Origin: Planctomycetota bacterium
GTDB taxonomy: Bacteria > Planctomycetota > JAJSAM01 > JAJVHW01
Length of the DNA stretch: 64,000 nt
Assembly: GCA_021776825.1 (NCBI GenBank)
Contig: JAJFFG010000037.1
Span: 2,437 to 66,436 of the forward strand
Direction: 5' to 3'
This document shows positions 9,663-18,055 of this stretch, one piece after another. The notes under the pieces are model-generated. The model was not told the DNA's origin and ran no database searches. It saw nothing but the letters and a program-made list of their open reading frames with translations. Within the stretch, counting starts at the first letter, position 1. Every line of letters starts with the position of its first letter. The position numbers were made by a program, and so were the translations under genes.

Positions 9663-10600
9663 GTGACGACCTCGACGGCGCGAATGCGCCACCACACGAA
9701 CGCGAACAGCGCGGCGGGGAGCACCACGCTCGGGACGAGCAGCCACGGAGTCGCGAGCCACTCGGGCAGCTCGCCACCGAACATGGGTGCCGTCAGTCCA
9801 CCCATCGCGTACGTCGGGTCGATGAGTCGCCACATCTTGTTCTGCGTGGTCTCGACGATCGCGCCTGAGATGCCCATGCTCAGCAGAGGGACGAAGACGG
9901 CGCAGACTGAGACGATCACGGGCCGGCGCAGGCTGGCGGAGAGCGCCAGCACGATGCTGCTCGCCCACAACGCATAGAGCGCGGACGCGCCGACGATCGC
10001 GAACGGCGCCATCCACGTGTTCAAGATGAACGTCGCGTCGGGGTTGAACGCGGCGCACTCGGCCCAGAGCAACAGCAGAGGCACCGCCGTCACCATGAAC
10101 GAGAACGCGCTGGTGCAGAGGATCTTCGACAGCAGGTACTCGAGCCGAGTGACCGGGCGTGCGAAGTAGATCTGCGTCGCACCGCTCACGCGATCCGACG
10201 CGAGCACACCGCCGGCCGCGACGGCCGGAAGCACGATGTTGGCCACGGCTGCGTGCTCGAGGATCTGCCAGAAGAGCCAGAGCGACTGACCCGAGAGGGC
10301 CTTGCCGACGAGCGCGGGGTTCGGGTCGACGCCGAAGCCGTACGCCGTCCACCCGGCACCGTCACCGAGCATCGAAGCGGCGGTGGCGCTGACACCGCCG
10401 CCGGCGCCGCCGGCGACCATGTTCGTGATGAAGATCGAGACCGCCCAGACGAGGTGGGGATAGAAGAGCAAGACTGCGGCGAGCAACCAGACCCACCAGC
10501 GCAGGCGCGGGCGGAAGTTCTGCCAGGCCATGGCGAGGATCGAGGAACGGCGTGAGAACTCGCCGTGGTACGGACGGTAGCCCTGCTCGAAGACCGGCAT
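9659..10600 (-). CDS. ABC-2 family transporter permease
   Basis: 313 aa, multiple TM helices. Start overlaps the stop of ATPase 10600..11553. Confidence 0.7.
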   Translation of the reverse strand: MPVFEQGYRPYHGEFSRRSSILAMAWQNFRPRLRWWVWLLAAVLLFYPHLVWAVSIFITNMVAGGAGGGVSATAASMLGDGAGWTAYGFGVDPNPALVGKALSGQSLWLFWQILEHAAVANIVLPAVAAGGVLASDRVSGATQIYFARPVTRLEYLLSKILCTSAFSFMVTAVPLLLLWAECAAFNPDATFILNTWMAPFAIVGASALYALWASSIVLALSASLRRPVIVSVCAVFVPLLSMGISGAIVETTQNKMWRLIDPTYAMGGLTAPMFGGELPEWLATPWLLVPSVVLPAALFAFVWWRIRAVEVVT

Positions 10601-11553
10601 CAGGTGTCGCCCCCGGCGGGAATGTCGAGGGCGCGCAGGAACACGCTCTCGAGCGATTGACGCAGGGTCGAGACCTCGCGCAGGACACAGCCGCTGTCAC
10701 GTGCCGCGACGAAGAGCTCCGGGGCGCCCGCGCCCGCCGGCACCACGACACGCAGCGCTTCGTCGTCTCGCCCAGCCACCTTGATGCGGCCGATCTGCAA
10801 CGCCCGGCGGAACGCGGCTTCGTCTCCGGCGATGCGCACGCGCCACGTGTCCTGCTCGAGTCGGCGGATCTCCGCGACGGATCCCGAGAGCGCGACCTCG
10901 CCCTCCCGGAGGACCACGACGTGCTCGCAGACCGCCTCGACGTCGTGCAGCAGGTGCGAGCAGAGCACGATGCTCTTCTTGTGCGTCTTGACCAGGTCGC
11001 CAATGAGATCCAGGACCTCCTCGCGACCGTCCGGGTCGAGGCCGTTCGTCGGCTCGTCGAGGAAGATCAGCTCCGGGTCGTGCACGAGGGCCTGGGCCAG
11101 ACGGAGCCGCTGGCGCATGCCCATCGAGTACTGCTCTGTACGCCGGTAGCGAGCTTCGCCGAGGCCGACGTAGTACAGGATCTCGTGCGCCCGTCGCTGC
11201 GCCTCGCGGCGGGGCAATCCGCAGAGGATCCCGCAAAAGACGACCGCGTCGGCCCCGGTCAGTCCGGGGAGGAACGCGTCGACTTCCGGCATGTAGCCGA
11301 CCTTGCGACGCACCTCGAGCGGGTCGTCGAAGACGTCCGTCCCCAGGACGTGTGCCCGGCCGGAGTCCGCGGTGAGGAGACCGAGCAGGATCTTCAGGAG
11401 CGTCGACTTCCCGGCCCCGTTCGGGCCCAGCAGCCCGACGGCGCCTTGCGGAATATCCACGGTGAGCCCACGCAGGGCGCGCGTGCGCCCATACGTCTTC
11501 ACCAGACCTGAGATCGAAACCGTCTCCACAGGCGGGGGAGGATAGCCGTCCAT
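10600..11553 (-). CDS. ABC transporter ATP-binding protein (ABC-2 type)
   Basis: Walker A GPNGAGKSTLL, signature YSMGMRQRL, Walker B IFLDEPTNGLD. 317 aa. Confidence 0.9.
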   Translation of the reverse strand: MDGYPPPPVETVSISGLVKTYGRTRALRGLTVDIPQGAVGLLGPNGAGKSTLLKILLGLLTADSGRAHVLGTDVFDDPLEVRRKVGYMPEVDAFLPGLTGADAVVFCGILCGLPRREAQRRAHEILYYVGLGEARYRRTEQYSMGMRQRLRLAQALVHDPELIFLDEPTNGLDPDGREEVLDLIGDLVKTHKKSIVLCSHLLHDVEAVCEHVVVLREGEVALSGSVAEIRRLEQDTWRVRIAGDEAAFRRALQIGRIKVAGRDDEALRVVVPAGAGAPELFVAARDSGCVLREVSTLRQSLESVFLRALDIPAGGDT

Positions 11554-11588
11554 CCCTCAGCCTCCACGTTCGGGCGTTGCCTCACTTC

Positions 11589-13610
11589 ATGCGATTCCTC
11601 CCCGCTGCTCTGAGCCTGGCCACGGTCGCCCTCCTCGTCGGAGCTGGGTGCGGCCCCGCCATGGGGCGAGACCGTCCCGCGCGAACCGTCGTGCCGCTGC
11701 GGGCCGAACAGGTGTCGGCGCGCGCGCGCCCACCCGTGCACCGCCGCGCCGCGCGGACGCATCCCGTTCTCGTGTGGACGTACGGCGACGACGCGCGACG
11801 CCCGGGCATGATCTCCGCCATCGAGGCCCTCGGGGCGACCGGCCTCTCGATGCCGCTCGAGCGCGATCTCGCCCGGTTCGTCCGTTCCGGTCAGGACTGG
11901 TACGAGGACGATGCGGCCGGAAAGGGCGAGCTGCACCTGAAGCGCGAACTCTGGAAGCGACACTGGGACCGGGTCTGGAGCGAACGGACGACCGCCTGGC
12001 CTCTGGAAACGGTTCGCAGTCGTCCACACTGCCTGCGCGCGCCGGAAGTGCGGGCCCAGATGATCGGTCGCGCCGTCCAGTCGGCAGCGCGTGGTGCCCG
12101 TCGCGCTGGAGGGAAGGGCGGCGCCGTCGCGATCTCACTCGCCGACGAGCCTTCGATGACCGTTCGGGCGAATCCGTTGGACTGGTGTCTCTGTCACCTG
12201 TGCTGCGTCGAGTTCAAGGACCGCATGCAGCTTCACTGGGAGGGGGATCTCGACGCCCTCAACGACGCCTGGGGCACGGAGTACCGCACGTGGGGAGCGG
12301 TGCGACCGTGGACGACCGCGGCCATTCGCGACCGCTGCCTGACGCAGCCGCCGCACACCTGGAACCTCGCACCGTGGATCCAGACGCGCGCCTTCCAGGA
12401 CGCCACATTCTCGGAGACGCTCGCGGCACTGCGCGAGGTGGTCTCGGCCGTCGGCCCGGGCGTCCCGTGCGGCATCACGGGCACGCAGGCACCGTCGGCC
12501 TTCGGCGGCTGGGACTACCGCGGCCTCACGGCCGCATGCGACTTCTTGGAGCCCTACGACATCGGACTGGCGGTCCCGGTGGCTCGCGACCTCGGTGGGG
12601 ACGGCCTGCTGCTCGGACAGACCGTGTTCCCGTCGAGCACGGAGCCGCTGCTGCCCATGTGGCGCGTCTGGCGCGGACTCGCGCGCGGCGTGGGGATGTC
12701 GATCGTCTGGTCCAGCAAGGACGCCGTGAAGTTCTCGGAGGCGGAGGGGGTGGCGCCCACGCTCTCGCGCTACGGCACCAAGATCGCCCCGGTGCTCGCA
12801 GAGATCAGTGCGAAGGACGGCGTGGGGGCGCGACTCGCGCAGGCGCGTCCCTTCTACGACGACACGCGGATCGTGATCTCCCAGCCCTCGCTCGCGATCC
12901 GATGGATGCTGGACAGCCAGGACGACGGCGATACATGGCTCCGGCGGTTCGGCAGCTACGAGGCCGACAACAGTCAGGCGATCCAGTCGCGCGCTGCTGC
13001 GTGGCGGGCTCTCGCGGGTCGCTCCCCGAAGTTCATCGACGAGCGTGACCTCGCTCGACCGGGCGCGCTCCAGGGAGTGAAACTGCTGGTCCTGCCCGAC
13101 GTGATGGCGCTCTCGGACGACACGTGCAGCGTGTTGCGCCGTTGGTCGCGTCACGGAGGCCGGATGGTCTCCGACATCCAGCCCGGCGCGTACGACGAGA
13201 TCGGCGCACCTCGCGGTCGCGCCGCGGAGCGCATGGGCGGTCGCGTCGTCGTGGATCCCGGGTTCGAGCGCCTTGGCCAGATCGCACGCGAGACCTGTGG
13301 CGAACGACGTCTCCAAGTCTCGGCGACGCTGGTCGGCTCTGGCGAGGAGGTCCCCGTCGAACTCGGCGTGCGTGTCGACGGCGACCGCTTCTACGTTGTC
13401 GCGGTCCCGGACTGGAACGTGACGATCGGCACCGGGGGCGAGGCGCGAGCGCGACTGCCGAAGGAGCCGGTGCACTTCGCCTTCTGGTTCTCGGACGGCG
13501 GCGATCGCGTGGTCCGCAACGAGCGCGCGAACCAGGACCTCGGTCCGGTCAACGAGTGGGACATCGAGACCGACGCCGCCGGCGGCGCCGTCTTCTCCTG
13601 GACCGAGTAG
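11589..13610 (+). CDS. Putative lipoprotein, glycoside hydrolase family 42-like (beta-galactosidase-like TIM barrel plus DJ-1/PfpI-like trimerisation-type domain)
   Basis: Signal peptide with Cys (LLVGAGCG) from the first ATG at 11589; the ORF caller begins at TTG 11577. Later segment LKLLVLPDVMALSDDTCSVLRRW..GGRMVSD resembles the GH42 class-I glutamine amidotransferase-like domain. Family assignment is from memory, not a search. Confidence 0.45.
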   Translation: MRFLPAALSLATVALLVGAGCGPAMGRDRPARTVVPLRAEQVSARARPPVHRRAARTHPVLVWTYGDDARRPGMISAIEALGATGLSMPLERDLARFVRSGQDWYEDDAAGKGELHLKRELWKRHWDRVWSERTTAWPLETVRSRPHCLRAPEVRAQMIGRAVQSAARGARRAGGKGGAVAISLADEPSMTVRANPLDWCLCHLCCVEFKDRMQLHWEGDLDALNDAWGTEYRTWGAVRPWTTAAIRDRCLTQPPHTWNLAPWIQTRAFQDATFSETLAALREVVSAVGPGVPCGITGTQAPSAFGGWDYRGLTAACDFLEPYDIGLAVPVARDLGGDGLLLGQTVFPSSTEPLLPMWRVWRGLARGVGMSIVWSSKDAVKFSEAEGVAPTLSRYGTKIAPVLAEISAKDGVGARLAQARPFYDDTRIVISQPSLAIRWMLDSQDDGDTWLRRFGSYEADNSQAIQSRAAAWRALAGRSPKFIDERDLARPGALQGVKLLVLPDVMALSDDTCSVLRRWSRHGGRMVSDIQPGAYDEIGAPRGRAAERMGGRVVVDPGFERLGQIARETCGERRLQVSATLVGSGEEVPVELGVRVDGDRFYVVAVPDWNVTIGTGGEARARLPKEPVHFAFWFSDGGDRVVRNERANQDLGPVNEWDIETDAAGGAVFSWTE

Positions 13611-13660
13611 CGACGCTCGGGGCGCGTCGCGCGTCAGGCGTCGCGCCTGACGCTTCGCAG
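13611..13660 (+). terminator. GC-rich hairpins immediately after the stop of the GH42-like gene (candidate intrinsic terminator, no U-tract)
   Basis: gcgacgc-tcggg-gcgcgtcgc followed by tcaggcg-tcg-cgcctga (7-bp stems). Confidence 0.3.
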
Positions 13661-14115
13661 GGAACGCGATGTCTGCGTCACCGATCCTCCACGAGGCTAG
13701 GCCTCGCGTCGTCGCGGTTCCTTGACCTCACGCCCCCTGCTCGGTCAGGGACCCCGTGGGCAATTCGGGGGAACGTGGGCACGGCGGACACGAGCGCCCG
13801 ATGGAGCGGTGTCGCCGCTCTGCGCAACGCCTGCCCCGCGACCCGCCCCGAGCGTCGCGCTCCGCGTGACGAGTCAGGCGTCAGGCGTCGCGCCTGACGC
13901 TTCGCAGGGAACGCGATGTCTGCGTCGTCCCTCCTCCGCGAGGCTGGGCCTCGCGTCGTCGCGGTTCCTTGACCTCACGCCTCCTGCTTGGTCAGGGACC
14001 TCGTTGGCGATTCACGCGGGGGAAGATACGGCGGTGACGACTGCCCGATGAGCACGTGCCGCCGCAGTGCGCAAGGCCTGCCGCGCGTCCCGCCCCGACG
14101 GGCGCTCGCGTGGGC
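13631..14115. repeat. Tandem direct duplication, 2 x ~247 bp, ~85% identical, each copy starting with the hairpin tcaggcgtcgcgcctga
   Basis: Copy 1 begins 13631 (gcgtcaggcgtcgcgcctgacgcttcgcagggaacgcgatgtctgcgtc...) and copy 2 begins 13878 with the same string. Similarity extends through ...ccttgacctcacgcc.cctgct.ggtcagggacc... to ...gcccgatg...gcgcaa.gcctgcc.cg....ccgccccga. Confidence 0.85.
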
Positions 14116-14325
14116 AAGCGCGGCCGGAGAGACCGGTGAGGTCGCCGGCGGCGCTCTGGTCACACGTCACTTGATCGTGCGCGAGGGGAGTCCAGCTCGG
14201 CACGTCTCAGCCGTCGAGCCCCCAACGCGAAAGCCCCGCTTCCGACGCGCGGTGCGTGTCGGGAGCGGGGCTGTGACGATCGGTTGGAGGTCGGGATCAG
14301 GTGGCGATCAGATGGCCGGAGCGAC

Positions 14326-15057
14326 CTATCTCCACTTCACCTTGTCCTTGATGGGCGCAATGTTCTTCACCAGTTCCTTGCCCTTGGCGAGGAGGCCTTC
14401 CTTGCCGAGGAGGGCGGGGCCGTAGCGGACCTCGACGATGTAGCTGGAGATCCGCTTGCCGTCGGCCCAGCCGTACCACTCACGCCGCTCGCGGTTGCCG
14501 CTGTCCTTGTCGGTGCCGACGCAGGCGCTGTAGAGCTCCACGACCTTGCCGGCCCCACGCGCCTTCTTCGCCTCGACGCTCTCCTTCTCGATGACGTCCT
14601 TGGCCGAGCGCTTCCAGTCCTGGAAGAAGCCCACCAGGAGACCCTCGAGGTCGTCGCAGCGGACCGACTCGCCGTAGTTCTCGAACGGCAGCGAGAACGG
14701 CGTGCGCGTGTTGCCGTTCTGCTTGTAGTAGATGAACTTCTGGATGATGACGTCGATGTTCATGCCGGCCGCGGCCGAAGCCTCGTTCGACCACTTGACG
14801 CGGAGCATCAGGCCCTTCTCGTGCGACTTGCCCTTGGTGGACACGCTCCAGCGGGAGTCCTCGAGCTTGGCGGCGTCGATCCAGTAGCCGAGGTCGGGGA
14901 AAGCGTAGCCCGCCTTCTTCACCTCGTACTTGGCGCGGACCTTCTCGCGCGCCTTCTTGAGCTTGGCGGCGTCGTCCTTGGCTCCGGCGGTGGAGGCCGG
15001 GACCATGAACGCAGCGAGTGCGAGTCCGAGAACAGCGAGCGAGAGTCGAGACGTCAT
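14326..15057 (-). CDS. Secreted Lys-rich hypothetical protein
   Basis: Signal peptide MTSRLSLAVLGLALAAFMVPASTAGA|KDD. Mature part unusually Lys-rich for this genome. No domain recognised. Confidence 0.6.
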   Translation of the reverse strand: MTSRLSLAVLGLALAAFMVPASTAGAKDDAAKLKKAREKVRAKYEVKKAGYAFPDLGYWIDAAKLEDSRWSVSTKGKSHEKGLMLRVKWSNEASAAAGMNIDVIIQKFIYYKQNGNTRTPFSLPFENYGESVRCDDLEGLLVGFFQDWKRSAKDVIEKESVEAKKARGAGKVVELYSACVGTDKDSGNRERREWYGWADGKRISSYIVEVRYGPALLGKEGLLAKGKELVKNIAPIKDKVKWR

Positions 15058-15203
15058 CCAGATCTCCTTCAGGTCGTCCTCGAAGATACCGCCACAGGGA
15101 CGGCACGAGAAGACCGCCGGTTCCGTTTGCGCAATTGGCGCGCCACTCCCGTGAGTCAGGTCGCCGTCATTTCACGTCTCCCAGGGGGGACACGGGCGCT
15201 CTC

Positions 15204-16280
15204 TCACTTGGTCGAATCGGGGTAGCGCGAGCCTGTGGGGTGCTGAAACCCCCAGGCCGCGACCTCCCACTGGTTCGCGAACACGGCGCGCAGGGGGCCG
15301 TCGGCGCCGGTGCCGGCAACCGGGCGCCCGCTGCGAAGCCACCACGCGCGCTCGCCATCTCGTTCGCGCAGCTGCGGGCGCGCGTCGGGCTCCGCGACGA
15401 CCTCGAACGAGAGTGACTCCCCGTCGACGCGTCGGTCCCAGGCGAACGCGCCGCCGGCCGTCCGATCGAGCGTCACGACGAGTGGGACGCCGTCCACGTA
15501 CTCTTCGACCGGACCTGCGTCGAGCTCGACGTACGGGTACAGCCGGAACGCGCCGGGGAGGTCCACGCCCAGCCCGTACGAGATGACCGCGTTGCGTCGG
15601 GCGTAGTCGTCCGAGCGCACCGCCGGGTCCGTCGGGTTGGGCTTCGGGAGGACGAGCGTGCCCGGATGCTCCGCTTTCCACGCGCGCCAGGTCATGAGCT
15701 GCGTCGGGTAGCGCGGCAACGCCTTGCCGCGGAGCGGCCCGTCCATTGCCCATCCGGTCTGGTGGTGCCAGATCGAGTCGGTCTCGGTGTCGTAGAGCAC
15801 GAAGGCGCTGTGCCAGAGCCAGCCGCGGTGGCCGAAGCGCAGGGAGCGACCGTCGATCTCGCGGACGTGCACGACGCCCGTTCGGCAAAGCGGTCACCAG
15901 CAGGCGAGGAGGTCGATCCCCTCGATCGTGTGCTCGACGATCTCGTGGTGGTTCAGCAGGAGGACCGGATAGGCGACCTGGACGCGGCCGAGATCGAGGC
16001 CCATGACCAACTCCGCACCGGCGAACCCCTCAGCGGCGTCGGCCGTGACGAACTCCGGGTCGCGGATGACGCTGAAGCAGTCCCGGAACCCGCGCGACTT
16101 GTTGAGCTGGGCCCGGAAGTCCGCGGCGCTCGGGAGCTCGCCCTCGGCCGGGGGGCGGGCCGTGGCGGTCGGGAGATCCGAGACCTCGCTGCATCCGCCG
16201 AGCGCACCCAGCAGCAGCGCGACGACGCACGAGACCAGCAGCAGGAGGCGTCGGGCGCTCACGGGCCGCGAGGGTACCAT
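15204..16280 (-). CDS. DUF3179-family lipoprotein interrupted by a single in-frame TGA (15894-15896): candidate selenoprotein, or pseudogene/sequencing error
   Basis: ORFs 15894..16538 and 15204..15872 are in the same frame and separated only by the TGA. Context EGIDLLACW-TGA-PLCRTGVVHVREIDGRSLRFGHRGWLWHSAFVLYDTETDSIWHHQ matches the family's CPLC / FG.sG.LY.S.LVMYDRET.SLW core from memory, with the TGA at the first Cys. N-terminal lipoprotein signal MVPSRPVSARRLLLLVSCVVALLLGALGGCS from the ATG at 16280. Confidence 0.5.
15862..15880 (-). promoter_or_regulatory. Candidate SECIS-like hairpin 13 nt downstream of the in-frame UGA
   Basis: mRNA CGGGCGU-CGUGC-ACGUCCG: 7-bp stem with one G-U wobble, 5-nt loop containing GU. 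Spacing resembles a bacterial SECIS apical stem-loop. GC-rich hairpins are common by chance. Confidence 0.25.
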
Positions 16281-16290
16281 CCGCGACGTG

Positions 16291-17361
16291 ATGGCCAGGC
16301 TGCCTCGGAGCGTGCGTCGGTTCGTCGTCGGTCTCGTACTGACGCTCGGGCTTGTGCTGATGTTCGGGGCCTGCGGCGATCCAGCGACGACGACGGGGGC
16401 AGTCAACTTCCCCAACGCGATCCCGCTCGGCGACGCCGCCGCGTCGCTGCAGGCAGCCCAGGCGCCGCTCCGTCGCGCGTTCGACCGCCTGGAGGTTCGG
16501 GACTGGGAGGGCTGCCTCGAGCCCTTCGAGGAGGCCATCGCCCACCTCGAGCCGCACCCGCTGCTGGGTGGGCTGCGGGACCAGTGCCTCTACAACGTGG
16601 CCTGCGCGCAGAGTCGTCTCGGGCGTCCCGACGAGGCGCTCACGGCGTTCGCGGCGAGCGTCGAGCACGGGCTTCGCGATGTCGTCCAGGCCGTGTCCGA
16701 GACGCACGGTCTGAAGGTGTCCGGACTCTCGATCGCGCACATCCTGGTCGACGGCGACCTCGACGCGATCCGCGAGCTCTCCGGGTTCGACGCCGCGCTG
16801 GCGCCGCTCGTCGCCGGCGGTTCGAGCATCGTCCTCGACGGCGGGCTCTCGTTGGGCGGAGTTGCGGTGGTGCTGCTGGCTGCGGACCAGGAGGCGGACG
16901 CGGCGCGCGTTCGCTGGTGGAACGTGCTCGGGCGGATGTACTCGAACGTCATGCTCGTCGAGGGGCCGATCCGACCTCGCGCCGATCGCCGCCGCTGGGT
17001 GCTCGAAGACGGCGACGAACGCTTCGGGGTCGCCCGGCTGGACGCGGTCGCCGCAGAAGTCGGTGAGTCGCCCGAGGTGCGCGTCCATGTGTTCGCCGAT
17101 GGCGACGACGCCGCGCGCGTCGCGTTGACCTGGGCAGCCACGAACCCGGCGCGCGTAGCGGCGCTCGCTCTACACGCTGAGCGCCTGGATGTCGCGCATC
17201 ACGCGGATGCGCTGGCGGCGTTCGACGTCCCGCTCCGCATCGTGCTTGCCGGCGACACCGATGGTGCCGTGGCCCGTTTGCGCGATCTTGGAGTGGATGT
17301 TGTGGAACTGTCGGCGGACGAGTTCCCAGCTGGAGCGGAGCGAGTCCTACGCGCGCGCTGA
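16291..17361 (+). CDS. Hypothetical lipoprotein / secreted protein
   Basis: Start taken at MARLPRSVRRFVVGLVLTLGLVLMFGACGD (signal peptide with Cys), only 10 bp from the divergent DUF3179 start. No domain recognised. Confidence 0.5.
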   Translation: MARLPRSVRRFVVGLVLTLGLVLMFGACGDPATTTGAVNFPNAIPLGDAAASLQAAQAPLRRAFDRLEVRDWEGCLEPFEEAIAHLEPHPLLGGLRDQCLYNVACAQSRLGRPDEALTAFAASVEHGLRDVVQAVSETHGLKVSGLSIAHILVDGDLDAIRELSGFDAALAPLVAGGSSIVLDGGLSLGGVAVVLLAADQEADAARVRWWNVLGRMYSNVMLVEGPIRPRADRRRWVLEDGDERFGVARLDAVAAEVGESPEVRVHVFADGDDAARVALTWAATNPARVAALALHAERLDVAHHADALAAFDVPLRIVLAGDTDGAVARLRDLGVDVVELSADEFPAGAERVLRAR

Positions 17362-17802
17362 ACCCGCCTCGCCGCCGTACCCCTCGACCCACTCCTCGCC
17401 GTCCGCGAAGCGCTCGCGCTTCCACACCGGCAACGACGTCTTGATCTGCTCGATCACGAATCGGCACGCGTCGAAGGCGTCGCCGCGGTGGGGGGCCGAG
17501 ACGGCGATCGCCACCGACGCTTCGCCGATCGCGACCTCGCCGGTGCGGTGCCAGCACGCGACGCCACGAATGTCGAAGCGGCTCGTCGTCTCCGCGCCGA
17601 TCTCCCGCAGCTTGCGTAGAGCCATCGGGCCGTACGCCTCGTACCAGAGCGTCTCGACCGGACGCTCGACCTGGTTCGCGTCGTTCGACGACTCGCGCGA
17701 GACGCCGAGGAACGTCACGATCGCTCCCGCGCCCGAGTCCGCTATGAACGCGGCGAGCGCCTGAACGTCGAGGGGCTCCGCGGTGACTCCAAATGGCTCC
17801 AC
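17347..17802 (-). CDS. moaE: Molybdopterin synthase catalytic subunit MoaE
   Basis: GTG start 1 codon after the MoaD stop, with GGAGGA 9 nt upstream. Translation VEPFGVTAEPLDVQALAAF..GAGAIVTFLGVSRE...WHRTGEVAIGEASVAIAVSAPHRGDAFDACRFVIEQIK matches the MoaE fold. Confidence 0.8.
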   Translation of the reverse strand: MEPFGVTAEPLDVQALAAFIADSGAGAIVTFLGVSRESSNDANQVERPVETLWYEAYGPMALRKLREIGAETTSRFDIRGVACWHRTGEVAIGEASVAIAVSAPHRGDAFDACRFVIEQIKTSLPVWKRERFADGEEWVEGYGGEAGSARA

Positions 17803-17806
17803 GGCT

Positions 17807-18055
17807 CTATCCTCCCGACACCGGCGGGAGCACGGCCATGGTGTCGCCGTTGCTGAGCGATCGGCTCGGCGGAGCGAACTCCTCGTCGACGGCTGCGCGG
17901 GACGCGCCGAGCACGGGGCCGAGTGCCGGATGCGCCACCCGCAGGTGCGCGAAGGCGTCGCCGACCGTCGCGTCATCGGGGAGCTCGACCCGGATCGAGC
18001 CCGCGCCGGCGGCCTCGCGGGCCGCGGCGAACAGCAGCACCTCGATCGTGATCAT
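17807..18055 (-). CDS. moaD: Molybdopterin synthase sulfur-carrier subunit MoaD (C-terminal Gly-Gly)
   Basis: 82 aa, MITIEVLLFAAAREAAGAGSIRVELPDDATVGD...NGDTMAVLPPVSGG. ATGA overlap with the upstream gene. Confidence 0.8.
   Translation of the reverse strand: MITIEVLLFAAAREAAGAGSIRVELPDDATVGDAFAHLRVAHPALGPVLGASRAAVDEEFAPPSRSLSNGDTMAVLPPVSGG

Noticed and set aside
14284-15225. 313-aa plus-strand ORF
   Set aside because: Antisense to the signal-peptide-bearing secreted protein. Low-complexity E/L/R/A/G/V-rich translation.
15860-15900. Frameshift explanation for the split DUF3179 gene
   Set aside because: Both halves are in the same reading frame. A single TGA, not an indel, separates them, so the choice is between Sec, nonsense mutation or base-call error.
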